Below, piece by piece: positions 18,888 to 28,687 of a DNA stretch of 64,000 nt. The position numbers and the translations under genes are program-made. Every line of letters starts with the position of its first letter. The first letter of the stretch is position 1. Where the stretch lies: positions 653 through 64,652 of the forward strand of contig CAZBHS010000030.1 of the NCBI GenBank assembly GCA_964491915.1, written 5' to 3'. The notes under the pieces are model-generated. The model was not told the DNA's origin, did not search any database, and saw only the letters and a program-made list of their open reading frames with translations. The stretch is from an uncultured Clostridia bacterium. GTDB taxonomy: Bacteria; Acidobacteriota; Aminicenantia; UBA2199.

Positions 18888-21800
18888 ATGGCGGTGGAGT
18901 TTGACGTTCGGTTTGAATGGAGTAAGGCTGAGGAGAATCTCTGGATGGTGAGAGTGCTGGCGGATGGAAGCGAGGATCGGGGAGAGGTTGATAAAAAGCA
19001 GATCGAGGCGATTGAGGAGGAGTGCAAGCATCTGGATTGGCGGCGGTCTGTTGAGTTGGGACGGAGGATCGGCTCGATATTGTTTCGAGTGATCGATGGG
19101 GACAGGCACGTGTTGAGTGAGGCGTTGAAGGATGCCGGGAATAAGGGAGAGCGGCTGATGATAGGTGTGATGGCCGATGGTCCAGCCCGGCGATGGCCGT
19201 TTGAGTTGTTGTTTGACGATGGTTTTCTCGTTCCCTTTCGAGTGGATCTGGTGAGACGGGTAGAAGACGGGGATAACGATATAAGCATCCAAACGCAGGA
19301 CCGGCAATTGCGGATACTGTTCATGTCTTGCTCGCCTTTGGGCGTTGAGCCGGTGCTCGATTTTGAGCTGGAAGAGGACGCTCTTTACCGGTTTACAGAA
19401 AGCCTTCCGGTTCACATCGATGTGGAGGATACCGGGTCCCTCGTAGGGCTCGATGAACGGCTCGATGAAGAGTACGATATTATCCACCTGTCCGGGCATG
19501 CCGACATCGACCGCGACAATGATTCGCCTATTTTCTTGATGGAAGATGAACTCGGACAACCGGTGAAGGTAATGCCGGAAGAGCTTTCTCGAGTACTATC
19601 TAAAAATTCGCCCCGCTTGCTCTTTTTATCCGGTTGCCGAACCGGCCAGGCGCCGGACGATGCGGCGGCTTATTCCTTTTCCCGCCACATGGTGATGATG
19701 GGAATCCCGGCGGTGATTGGTTGGGGACTCCCGGTCTCAGACGCCGGAGCCATCCAGGCGGCCAGAAAGTTTTACCTGGAGCTTGGGCGAGGCGAAGATA
19801 TTCTCGCAGCCCTTCATCTAACCCGCAGATTCCTCTTCCGCGATAATATCAAAGACTGGTGCCTCCTACGGCTTGAGGCGAACAACCATCATCTAAGTAT
19901 TCCCCTGGTAAAAAAGGGACAGGCTCCTCCCACAAACCCACGACAAACTCTGCATTCCTCCCTCGAAGGCACACAAGTAAAGATACTCGAACGTGGCTTC
20001 ATCGGTCGCAGGCGGCAGATTCAATCGTCGCTCCGTGTACTCAAACATGACGACTCCAAAATCGGTCTCCTGATCCACGGAACCGGCGGCCTCGGCAAAA
20101 GTTGCTTAGCGGGAAAGCTCTGCGAACGCCTCTCGGAGCACCAACTCATCATCGTTCACGGCATCCTCGACTCGATCGCTCTACTCGAAGCCGTCAAAAG
20201 AGCCTTTCAAAAAGCCGGAGACGAAGAAGGGCTGCAAATTCTAGAACAAGCTCTCGAACTACCCGACAAGATGATGATGCTCTGCAACTCAGTGTTTAAA
20301 AAAAAGAGCTGTCTCTTCCTCCTCGACGATTTCGAGCAAAACCTCCCCAACGCCGATAAAGGAGATTTGACTCTCGCCCCCCTGGCGCAAGAAGTACTTC
20401 AAGCTCTACTAAATTCTCTCCCAACCACAAACAAGAAGACCCAGCTCATCATCACCTGCAGATATCAGTTTCCCATGATCACCAACCACTTGCAGCCAAT
20501 GTCGCCGGACAGTTTCCGAGGCCCCGACCTCCAGAAAAAAATCAAAACCCTTGACGCCATCAACCGCTTCTCCGACCCAGCCATCCGGCAGCTCCTCATC
20601 ACCGCCGGCCGAGGCAATCCCCGCCTCCTGGAAGCCCTCGATACCCTCATCAAAGAATCCCCCGATACAGACTTCGAATCCCTCCTCGAAAAAGTCTCGC
20701 ACCAGCAGGAAGAGTTCGTCCAACGCCTGACTCTCCAGCGAATCATCGCCTCCCAACCACCCGATTTCACCCAATTCCTCCGCCACGCCGCAGTTTTTTT
20801 CGCACCTGTCCCCAAACAAGGACTCGAAAACGTCTGCCGCCACATCCCCAACTGGGAATCCCACAATCAAAAAGCCGTCCAGCTCAGCCTAATGGAAGCA
20901 ACCATAGTCGCCAACAACCCCAAAGAGTTCTGGCTCACCCCCATGCTCCGCCAAGAATTATTCGCTCAACTGTCCTCCGAGGCCCAACTAAAATGCCACC
21001 AATCCGCCGTCCAGTATTATCTCCCCCTCATTGAAGAATTAGATGATGATAAACCGCATTCATCCATCCAACTCATCGATCACGCCCTCGAAGCCGACAT
21101 GCCCGACGAAGCCGTCCTCGCCGGCGGCCCGCTGTTGAAATTTTTAGGAGAACATTTGGCCATTCAGCCTGCGCTTTTTTACGGACATGCGATTGCCTCC
21201 GTCGTCTCAGAAGCAAAAAAGACCGAAAAGCTATCACTTTTTTGGACAGAGCTAGGCCTTATTCTCAATCAGACAGGTCATTCGGAAGAAGCCATAGATT
21301 GTTTTTCAAAGTCATTGTATATTGATAAACAAATTTATGAGGAGTATCATCCAGAGATTGCCACAGATCTCAACAATCTGGGTGCAGCATATTCAGAACT
21401 TGGAGATTTCCAAAAGGCAATCGAACTTCATGATCAAGCATTCGTCATCAGCAGACAGATCTACGGAGAGCGGCACCCGGATGTTGCTACCTGCCTGAAC
21501 AGCCTGGGGGCGACTTATAAATTATTCGGAAACTACAACAAAGCGATTGAATTCTTTGAAAAAAGCCTCGCCATCAAAAAGTTGGTTTATGGAGAGGGGC
21601 ATTCAGAGCTTGCCACAGATTTCAATAATCTGGGATCGGCTTATGAAGCGTTTGGTGACTTTCCTAAAGCAATCAACAATTATGAAAAAGCCCTCGCCAT
21701 TGTCCGGGATGTGCATGGAGAGGTACATCCGAATGTTGCCTCAACGCTTTCCAATCTGGGGACATCCTATTATTCTCTAGGCGTTGCTCCAAAGGCGATT

Positions 21801-22310
21801 ATCTTTTTTGAAAATGCCCTTGCAATAATTACTCAGATCTATGGAGAGCACCATCCGCTTGTTGCAACCTTTCTTAACAATCTTGGGGCTGGATACTATT
21901 CACTTGGCAATTTCCCTAAAGCGATTGAATTCTATGATAGAGCCCTTTCTATTGTTCAGGCATTGTATGGAGAAATACACCCACATGTTGCCAGTACGCT
22001 TAACAATTTGGGAGCGGTAAACAATTCTATTGGCGACTATCAAAAGGCCGTCGAATACAGTGCAAAGGCACTTGCTATCGGTAGGCAAATTTACGGAACA
22101 TTGAATCCGAATGTTATCGCTTTTCTAAGCAACCTGGCATCAGCGTATGAATCACTTGAGGAGTACAAAGTGGCGTTCGAATGTGTAAGCCAAATGTATA
22201 AAATTATTTCTGATTTCTTGGGTCCGGATCACCCGAACTCTCAGAACGTTCAAATGGATTTGCATAGGCTTAAGCAGCGGGTAGAGATGGGGGAGTTGTT
22301 GGAAAAATGA
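18888..22310 (+). CDS. CHAT (caspase-like) protease - STAND/NB-ARC-like P-loop NTPase - TPR repeat protein
   Basis: The start was set at the ATG after AGGAGG (MAVEFDV...). The CHAT His/Cys dyad context is IIHLSGHADID and LLFLSGCRTGQ. Walker A is LLIHGTGGLGKSCLAGKL and Walker B is CLFLLDDFEQNL. The C-terminus carries eight 42-aa TPR units. Confidence 0.87.
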   Translation: MAVEFDVRFEWSKAEENLWMVRVLADGSEDRGEVDKKQIEAIEEECKHLDWRRSVELGRRIGSILFRVIDGDRHVLSEALKDAGNKGERLMIGVMADGPARRWPFELLFDDGFLVPFRVDLVRRVEDGDNDISIQTQDRQLRILFMSCSPLGVEPVLDFELEEDALYRFTESLPVHIDVEDTGSLVGLDERLDEEYDIIHLSGHADIDRDNDSPIFLMEDELGQPVKVMPEELSRVLSKNSPRLLFLSGCRTGQAPDDAAAYSFSRHMVMMGIPAVIGWGLPVSDAGAIQAARKFYLELGRGEDILAALHLTRRFLFRDNIKDWCLLRLEANNHHLSIPLVKKGQAPPTNPRQTLHSSLEGTQVKILERGFIGRRRQIQSSLRVLKHDDSKIGLLIHGTGGLGKSCLAGKLCERLSEHQLIIVHGILDSIALLEAVKRAFQKAGDEEGLQILEQALELPDKMMMLCNSVFKKKSCLFLLDDFEQNLPNADKGDLTLAPLAQEVLQALLNSLPTTNKKTQLIITCRYQFPMITNHLQPMSPDSFRGPDLQKKIKTLDAINRFSDPAIRQLLITAGRGNPRLLEALDTLIKESPDTDFESLLEKVSHQQEEFVQRLTLQRIIASQPPDFTQFLRHAAVFFAPVPKQGLENVCRHIPNWESHNQKAVQLSLMEATIVANNPKEFWLTPMLRQELFAQLSSEAQLKCHQSAVQYYLPLIEELDDDKPHSSIQLIDHALEADMPDEAVLAGGPLLKFLGEHLAIQPALFYGHAIASVVSEAKKTEKLSLFWTELGLILNQTGHSEEAIDCFSKSLYIDKQIYEEYHPEIATDLNNLGAAYSELGDFQKAIELHDQAFVISRQIYGERHPDVATCLNSLGATYKLFGNYNKAIEFFEKSLAIKKLVYGEGHSELATDFNNLGSAYEAFGDFPKAINNYEKALAIVRDVHGEVHPNVASTLSNLGTSYYSLGVAPKAIIFFENALAIITQIYGEHHPLVATFLNNLGAGYYSLGNFPKAIEFYDRALSIVQALYGEIHPHVASTLNNLGAVNNSIGDYQKAVEYSAKALAIGRQIYGTLNPNVIAFLSNLASAYESLEEYKVAFECVSQMYKIISDFLGPDHPNSQNVQMDLHRLKQRVEMGELLEK
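21240..22247 (+). repeat. Eight tandem 126-nt (42-aa) TPR-coding units inside the CHAT-STAND gene
   Basis: The recurring unit is ..LNNLG..Y..LG.F.KAIE....AL.I....YGE.HP.VA.. (kinesin-light-chain/TPR_12-like), in phase from 21240 to 22247. Confidence 0.85.
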
Positions 22311-22490
22311 AGGTGGATGGGCAGTATTGGATAACCGGGGGGTTATATTTTATAACCAGAGGGTTGACCGGGAGAGGGGAGGATGATTGGGGGGATTGGG
22401 GAGAGGGTTGTTGGGCGGAGGTTTTGGAAGAGAGTGTGGTTGATTGGGGAGCTGGAAAGGAAATTGCACTGGGAATTTTAGGAGAACGAC

Positions 22491-23993
22491 ATGAAGCGTG
22501 CAATTTTAGTTTTTTTGATGGTTTGTTTGGCGGTTGTCGATGGCTTGAGTGGGCAAAGCGTCGAGGGGGCGGCGAATCTTTCTGCTGGAGGTGGGAGGGT
22601 TCGGAATGTTCATCCGCGGGTGTTGGTGATGAAGAGCGGGGATGTGATGGCGGTTTGGGAAAGCGGGAGTAGTAAAAGCGATAATGATATTGTTTATAGG
22701 ATTTGGAAGCAGGGGATAAATGTGTGGCATCCGCCGTTGGCGGTGGCGCCGTTTGTGGCTGTGACGGGGATTCGTAACGCGCAGTATCCGCAGTTGGTGG
22801 AAGATTTGGATGGGACTGTGCATATGAGCTTCATGGATGGGGACGCCAGTTATAACCGGGACGTTTATTATTGTTATTATAGAGACGGACGTTGGAGTCG
22901 GGCGGTGAATGTTTGTTCGACACCGGTGAATTCCGCCTGGCCGCGGATTGGTCTGGATGTGGAAGGGGGACGGCTGTATGTCTCGTGGCAACATGAGTGG
23001 AATAATAGGTTTGATGGGAAGGATATCGTTTATGTGACGAAAAAGATTGGAGAGAATGTTTGGAGCGGGATGAAGCGGTTGTCGAATACGCCGGAGCGTC
23101 AGAGCATTCATCAGGCGACGGTTTGTGTGGATGGGCGTCTGCTTGGCGTTTGGATGGACGGGTATTCGGAGCGGGATGTGTGGGGACTGCGGGCCGGCTG
23201 GGTGAAGGATAGTAATGGGAGTCGCGGCGAAGGTGTGCTGGCCGGGCCGGTGGCGGTGCATCAACCGCAATGGCCGGATGTGGCGGCGGACTCTGCGGGC
23301 GATATTTTGGGGATATTTTCGCGGCGGGACGCGCCCCTCGAATTTATATTCAAACCGGTGGATAGGGCGGATTGGCAGACCGGCTTCCTGGCGGATGGCG
23401 GGGGGATTACGTTTTTTGGCGTGACTGTGGCCCGCAATGATGTGGCTTATTGCATGTACCGGCGGAATGTGGGTGATGGCTTTTTGCCGGTGATGATCCG
23501 CTTTGACGGGGAGGTTGTGTCTGAGCCTGAACTCCTGGACCATCCGGCGATTCGACCGGCTGTTTGGCTGGGGCATATGGACGTCGATGTCTCGCTGGAA
23601 GGCAACGCTCATATGGCCTGGAGCTCGGGGCAACCGTCGCATGTGCCGACGGCGGTAGTGTATGCCCGGCAAGCGAGACACCCTGAGGCGCCGGAAGTCT
23701 CCATCGCGGTGACAAGCGGCGTGAACCGGCGATTTGAGCTGCGGGGGCAGCGGGTATCGGGGGATTCCGGGCTGCGTCATCAGTGCTGGTATGTGCCGGG
23801 GTTGGGACTCTGGACTGAAGGGGAGAGGTTGGAGTTGCAACTGCCGGACGATGGGGAGTACCGGGTCTATTATATGGTGGGGGATGGGAATCATTTGTAT
23901 GGATGCGCCGAGACAGCGCTGGGAGCGCGGGAATTTCCGGGGGTGGAGCGGCGTGATGAGGCCTTGCTTCCACAGCGCACGGATAGAGACTAG
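22491..23993 (+). CDS. Secreted repeat protein of unknown function (possibly beta-propeller/sialidase-like fold)
   Basis: 500 aa with signal peptide MKRAILVFLMVCLAVVDGLSG. It has recurring W/Y-rich strand motifs (..VW..G.., DIVY...). Preferred over the R/P/H-rich antisense ORF at 22506-24152. Confidence 0.6.
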   Translation: MKRAILVFLMVCLAVVDGLSGQSVEGAANLSAGGGRVRNVHPRVLVMKSGDVMAVWESGSSKSDNDIVYRIWKQGINVWHPPLAVAPFVAVTGIRNAQYPQLVEDLDGTVHMSFMDGDASYNRDVYYCYYRDGRWSRAVNVCSTPVNSAWPRIGLDVEGGRLYVSWQHEWNNRFDGKDIVYVTKKIGENVWSGMKRLSNTPERQSIHQATVCVDGRLLGVWMDGYSERDVWGLRAGWVKDSNGSRGEGVLAGPVAVHQPQWPDVAADSAGDILGIFSRRDAPLEFIFKPVDRADWQTGFLADGGGITFFGVTVARNDVAYCMYRRNVGDGFLPVMIRFDGEVVSEPELLDHPAIRPAVWLGHMDVDVSLEGNAHMAWSSGQPSHVPTAVVYARQARHPEAPEVSIAVTSGVNRRFELRGQRVSGDSGLRHQCWYVPGLGLWTEGERLELQLPDDGEYRVYYMVGDGNHLYGCAETALGAREFPGVERRDEALLPQRTDRD

Positions 23994-26755
23994 TCTGCGA
24001 AATCGGAGAACTTCTTGCGGTATTCCGATGGACTCATGCCGGTGAATTTCTTGAAGGCGGCGTTGAACACGGACTTTGAATTGAAGCCCACCTCGTAGGC
24101 GATCTTCAAGAGGACGAAGTCTTTCTCTTTGGGATCCAGGAGTTTTTTGCACGCCTCTTCCACCCGGTATTGGTTGAGAAAATTCTTGAAATTCTGCTCC
24201 CGTTCCTCGTTGATGATCTGCGACATCTGCTTGGTGGGAATGGAAAGTCGGGCCGCCAATTTGGCCAGCGTGATGTTGGGGTCGCGATAAGGTTTCTCCT
24301 GAGCCATAAAATCCATGACCCGTTGCAGGTAGACCTGGGATTTGCGGGGGGTGAGGGGCGAATCTTTGTATTTCTCTTTTTGAGGGGGTTCGAACTTTAA
24401 TTGGCGTTTTTTGTAGAATACCAAAAGGATGGCCAGGAAGAAGACGCAGAGAAGCAGCATTTTGAACCAGAAGTTTTGATAGAGGTAGGGGAGGATGGTA
24501 AACTCGACGCTGGAGCCCTTGTAATTCCAGACGCGGTCGTTATTGCAGGCGATGACCTTGAAGCGGAAATCGCCGTACTCCAGCCCGTCGTAGCGGATGC
24601 TCCGTCGCTCCGCTGTCTCGTGCCAGGTCTTGTCGTGACCGAACAGGCGGTAGCTGAATCTCACTTTTTCAGGTACCACTAGACTGGGGGCGGTGTAGTG
24701 GAACTCGATCCTGCCGGTGCCGGCGGGGAAGGTCATGTTATCGGAGACATCCACGGGCACGCCGTCCACCAGCATCTTCTCCAACAGAACATTGGGGCGC
24801 ACTTGATTGAGCTCGATGCCCTCGGGGTAGATGGAGGCTACGCCGTTGATGGTGGGGAAGTAAAGGATGCCCGCCGGACCCTTGAAGCCCGCCGGTTGGC
24901 CGCCGCCGGTGCACACAGCGCTCTTGATGCCGTCCCTTTGCTGAAAGTAGTTGCAGGTCACGGGCCTGGGGTTTTGCGCATCATAGGCCAGCAAGTCTTG
25001 TTTGGGTATATAAAAGATGCCGTTGTTGGAGGACATCCACAATTGGTTCTTGTTATCTTCCAGGATGCGGTAGATCACATTGTTGAAGAGCCCTTGCCCG
25101 GTTTTGAAGACCCGGAAGCGTCCCCGCATGAAACAATTCAAACCGCCGCCGTCGGTGGCGATCCAGACGGCGCCGGAGCTGTCGCAATGGATGTCGAGGA
25201 TGACATTGTCGCTGAGTCCGTGCTCGGTTGTATAGGAGGTGAATTTGCCGGCCCCATAGCTGTGCAATCCGCCGTTGGTGCCGATCCAATAGGTGCCAGC
25301 CGGGTCCTGGGTCACCACAGTGATGAAGTTATCGCGTAGGACGTTGAAGGTGGAGAAATTGCTGAACGAATGGCCGTTGTAAATATAGAGCCCCTGGCCC
25401 TGGGTGCCGATCCAGAGGTGTTTGTTATGATCCTGGTAGAGGCAGTTGATCGCCGGTTGCCGCCGGTAGGGGCGGTATTCCGGGAGGGGGATCTCGATCT
25501 TCTGTATTGTGTCGTTGTCGATGCGGGCCAATCCTTGCCGGGTGCCGATCCACACACCGGAGCCGCCATGGCCGTACACAGTGTAGACAAAATCGCTGGG
25601 CAAACCGTCTTCTTTCCGGAAGATGGCGATCTCGCCTTTGGCGTACCGGTTGAGGCCGCCGCCGTTGGTGGCGATCCACAAGGTGCCGTCCTGCTCTTTG
25701 TAGATGGATTTTATGGAATTGGACGAGATGCCCCGCTCTTTGTCCAACACTGAGAAGCGGCTCTTGTGGAGTTTGTTGAGGCCGTTGCCGGATGTGCCGA
25801 TCCACAGGTTGCCTTCCCGGTCTTCGAACAATTTCATGAGGGAATTGTCCGAGAGGCGGATCTCGTCTTTGACAGATTCCAGTCTTCCGTCCCGGTAGTG
25901 GTTCAAGCCCCCTTCGGTGGCGATCCAGACGAGGCCGTTTTTGTCCTGGATGACGGAGCGGACGAGGTTGTCCGCCAGGCCGTCTTCGATTGTATAGCGG
26001 GAGACGGCGCCGTTTGTATATTTGTTGAGGCCGTTGAGGGTGCCGATCCAGAGGTTATTTTCGTTGTCCTTGAATAGGGAGGTGATGGAATGGCCGGTGA
26101 GGTCGTCGGGGGAGAAGGCGCGGTCGATGGCGCCGTTCTCGAGGATGTCCAGGCCGTTGGCTGTGCCGATCCAGAGGGTTCCGTCTTTTGTGGGTAATAA
26201 TGAATAAACTGTGTCGTCCGACAGGCCGCCGGCGGTGGTGTAATGGTGGAAGCGGCCCCCTTTGAAATAGGCCAATCCGCCGCCGTTGGTGCCGGCCCAT
26301 ATGGTGTGGTCGCTGTCTTCGGCGATGGTCCAGATAAAATCGTTGGATAATCCGTCTTTGGCGCTGTAGTTTCTGAATGTGTGGGTTTTACCGTTGAATA
26401 CCGTGATGCCGCCGCCGAATGTGCCGATCCACAAGGCGCCCCGCCCGGAGATGTGGACGGAGGTGATGGCGTTGTTTTTTATTTCATCGGTGATGTACTT
26501 GTTGTAAATTTTGAAGTTTACACCGTCAAATCTGACCAGTCCGTTGGCGGTGGCGATCCATAGGAAGCCGTGATGGTCCTGGTTGATGTCGTAGATGGTG
26601 TTTTGCGGCAAGCCGTCTTTGTACGACCAGGTGCGATTGAAATATTCCGGCGGCCGGGGAGTGAGGGCGAAAAAAAGGTGGACATTGAGGATGATCGATA
26701 AAACAAGCAATGCCCCTTTTTTCCGGGACCTGTGAATGTCGGCTCTTAGTTTCAT
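23990..26755 (-). CDS. Membrane-bound one-component regulator: periplasmic two-component-regulator propeller + Y_Y_Y domain, TM helix, cytoplasmic AraC-type HTH
   Basis: 921 aa. It has an N-terminal anchor and many repeats of the ..LWIGT..GL..f type. A TM segment (FWFKMLLLCVFFLAILLVFY) precedes a C-terminal AraC HTH (IAYEVGFNSKSVFNAAFKKFTGMSPSEYRKKF). Confidence 0.85.
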   Translation of the reverse strand: MKLRADIHRSRKKGALLVLSIILNVHLFFALTPRPPEYFNRTWSYKDGLPQNTIYDINQDHHGFLWIATANGLVRFDGVNFKIYNKYITDEIKNNAITSVHISGRGALWIGTFGGGITVFNGKTHTFRNYSAKDGLSNDFIWTIAEDSDHTIWAGTNGGGLAYFKGGRFHHYTTAGGLSDDTVYSLLPTKDGTLWIGTANGLDILENGAIDRAFSPDDLTGHSITSLFKDNENNLWIGTLNGLNKYTNGAVSRYTIEDGLADNLVRSVIQDKNGLVWIATEGGLNHYRDGRLESVKDEIRLSDNSLMKLFEDREGNLWIGTSGNGLNKLHKSRFSVLDKERGISSNSIKSIYKEQDGTLWIATNGGGLNRYAKGEIAIFRKEDGLPSDFVYTVYGHGGSGVWIGTRQGLARIDNDTIQKIEIPLPEYRPYRRQPAINCLYQDHNKHLWIGTQGQGLYIYNGHSFSNFSTFNVLRDNFITVVTQDPAGTYWIGTNGGLHSYGAGKFTSYTTEHGLSDNVILDIHCDSSGAVWIATDGGGLNCFMRGRFRVFKTGQGLFNNVIYRILEDNKNQLWMSSNNGIFYIPKQDLLAYDAQNPRPVTCNYFQQRDGIKSAVCTGGGQPAGFKGPAGILYFPTINGVASIYPEGIELNQVRPNVLLEKMLVDGVPVDVSDNMTFPAGTGRIEFHYTAPSLVVPEKVRFSYRLFGHDKTWHETAERRSIRYDGLEYGDFRFKVIACNNDRVWNYKGSSVEFTILPYLYQNFWFKMLLLCVFFLAILLVFYKKRQLKFEPPQKEKYKDSPLTPRKSQVYLQRVMDFMAQEKPYRDPNITLAKLAARLSIPTKQMSQIINEEREQNFKNFLNQYRVEEACKKLLDPKEKDFVLLKIAYEVGFNSKSVFNAAFKKFTGMSPSEYRKKFSDFAD

Positions 26756-26896
26756 TCCTGATTATAAGGATTTATTATATAGTGCCCGTCTGATTTTTGC
26801 AATAGAAATAAATCGGGTGTATTGGCGGAAAAGGTTGACAAACGGATGCCCAGGTGTTAATTATTAATTTCATGACCTAACCAAGGAGGCTTTATA

Positions 26897-28357
26897 ATGA
26901 AAAGACATTTAGGCTGGATATGCATTTTTCTTGTCGTGATTTTTGTTTTCCCCCAATGCAACAAAGTACCGTCGGAGATGAGTGTAGAGGAAGTTCAGGG
27001 AATGTTGCAAAAAGTGAATGCCAATCCTTATGGCGTTAAATTCCAGGCGAAGGATCAGGATATATCGACCCGTCCCGCGGAGTTGGAGGACGATTGCGAA
27101 GGATTTGTGATTACTTTTAAAGAGCCGGGCATCACGTTTGATACCGCGGTGTTGAAAGAATTTTACCCGCAGATGAAAAAAACCGTGATTCCGGTAACCG
27201 CCAAAGAGATGGTGATGTCCTATGACTATAAAAAAGAGCAGTTGGTTCTTATGTCGTTCAGCGGCGTTGCCATAGATTTGAATCTTTTGGATTTAGTGGA
27301 GACGAATGCTGGTAAAGGCCAGGAAATGCCTGTCGAAGGCCCTGTTTTGGTGAAGTTTACGGCCAATAAAGTGGCGTTGAAGAATTACAACATCACCGCG
27401 TTGCTGAACTCTACGGAGAAAACGGCAAAAGAGGTTCTGCTCCAGTTCATGGCGGAAAACTACAATCTCCATTCCGTTGTGACGGATATGGAATTGAAGG
27501 CGTCCATGGATTTGGGACAGGAAAGGAAGACCAATATCGCTATCACATCAGAACGGGTCGAAGGGCACCAGAGAATGCGCTCCGATTTTTTCACCTCATG
27601 GTTAAAAGAGGAGATGACTGCTGAAAAGGCCGATCGCATGATGGCCGGCGGCTTACCGCTGTTTCATGTGTATGGTAAATCCTTGAACACCAACGTCAGT
27701 GTGGAGTCCATGGGCAAAGAGGTTGCGGTCGGTAATCTCTGGCAGGTGGATTTCGCTAATTTTCTCAAACCGGACGATAAAGGTAAATTTTTCCAATACG
27801 GCTTTTTCTACAATATTAAGCAATTGAGATCCTCGATCCCGGCGGCCGACGGTTTGGAGCAATTGCTCACCAATTTCAAAGAGCTGAATATTAATGTGAT
27901 TATCAATCATATCACTCCCGAGCTAGTGGCGGCTTATTTGCAGATGACGTCCATCAACTTTTCCGGCAAATACAAAGACGATCAAGCGCGGCAGCAGGCT
28001 TTGATGAAAGAAGGGATGGGGTTTGCCCAGAAAATGCTGGCATCGAAACCAATTCTCAACTTCACTATCATGCCCTTTAGAAATCATTTCGGAGAGATCA
28101 ATCTTAACAGCAGCTTTCAATTTGTCACCGCCGGATGGCCGCAAGGCAAGGCAACGGTTAAAGTGAAAGATATGTCCAAAATGGCAGCCAATATCGAGAA
28201 AGATGACTTTATTAATGGTGAAATCAAGAAAAAAATGATTTTGATTCTTAATGAATATTTCCTGCCGGACCCCAAGGATACAGGTGTTTTGACCTTTGAG
28301 GTGGAACCCGGACAGCCCGGACGTTTTATTCTTAATGGAAAACCCTTGAAAAAATAA
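26897..28357 (+). CDS. Secreted/lipoprotein-like protein of unknown function
   Basis: 486 aa with signal sequence MKRHLGWICIFLVVIFVFPQC and RBS AAGGAGG. No recognisable catalytic motif. Confidence 0.7.
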   Translation: MKRHLGWICIFLVVIFVFPQCNKVPSEMSVEEVQGMLQKVNANPYGVKFQAKDQDISTRPAELEDDCEGFVITFKEPGITFDTAVLKEFYPQMKKTVIPVTAKEMVMSYDYKKEQLVLMSFSGVAIDLNLLDLVETNAGKGQEMPVEGPVLVKFTANKVALKNYNITALLNSTEKTAKEVLLQFMAENYNLHSVVTDMELKASMDLGQERKTNIAITSERVEGHQRMRSDFFTSWLKEEMTAEKADRMMAGGLPLFHVYGKSLNTNVSVESMGKEVAVGNLWQVDFANFLKPDDKGKFFQYGFFYNIKQLRSSIPAADGLEQLLTNFKELNINVIINHITPELVAAYLQMTSINFSGKYKDDQARQQALMKEGMGFAQKMLASKPILNFTIMPFRNHFGEINLNSSFQFVTAGWPQGKATVKVKDMSKMAANIEKDDFINGEIKKKMILILNEYFLPDPKDTGVLTFEVEPGQPGRFILNGKPLKK

Positions 28358-28486
28358 TTTGAAGTATTTATAATGAATTTTCGGGCAAGCGGATCGACCG
28401 CTTGTCCGACTATGTGATGCAGTTTGAGATAGTTTATGGAAAAAAGACGTTGGAACATGCAGAATGAGAATTTAGGAGGAAGTATA

Positions 28487-28687
28487 ATGCGTACAAAAAA
28501 AACAAACAAAAAACTATCTTTGAAGAAGATGACCGTTAGCAGCCTATCCGAAGGAATGCTGCGCCGGGTCAATGGCGGAGAGCCGAAAGTGAGAGCTCTT
28601 AGAACCCGCTACACCGGTTGCAACTATGAATTCGCGGGAGACAATTTGCTTACCATCGAATTGTCCTTGTGCGACCAGTGCGGCTAA
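28487..28687 (+). CDS. Small peptide with double-glycine-type leader (precursor candidate P2)
   Basis: The start was set at the ATG 7 nt after AGGAGG. The 66-aa peptide is MRTKKTNKKLSLKKMTVSSLSEGMLRRVNGG followed by EPKVRALRTRYTGCNYEFAGDNLLTIELSLCDQCG. It is paralogous to P3. Confidence 0.65.
   Translation: MRTKKTNKKLSLKKMTVSSLSEGMLRRVNGGEPKVRALRTRYTGCNYEFAGDNLLTIELSLCDQCG

Noticed and set aside
18737-19559. Two ~200-aa minus-strand ORFs overlapping the 5' part of the CHAT gene.
   Set aside because: The sense frame encodes the CHAT dyad region. The antisense products are low-complexity, and no promoter or RBS is evident.
14749-22310. Possibility that the methyltransferase belongs to a BREX or DISARM system.
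   Set aside because: No PglZ, BrxC/PglY, BrxL/Lon, DrmA/B helicase or PLD genes occur in the island. Only the nuclease and the CHAT-STAND gene accompany it.
22506-24152. 548-aa minus-strand ORF overlapping the 500-aa plus-strand gene.
   Set aside because: Extremely Arg/Pro/His-rich, with no signal, motif or RBS. It is the mirror frame of a GC-rich gene whose plus-strand product has a signal peptide and normal composition. This is a typical shadow ORF.
24384-24396. GGTTCGAAC, a tRNA T-arm-like sequence.
   Set aside because: It is embedded in the coding frame of the AraC-type regulator, and no acceptor, D or anticodon arms can be drawn around it.
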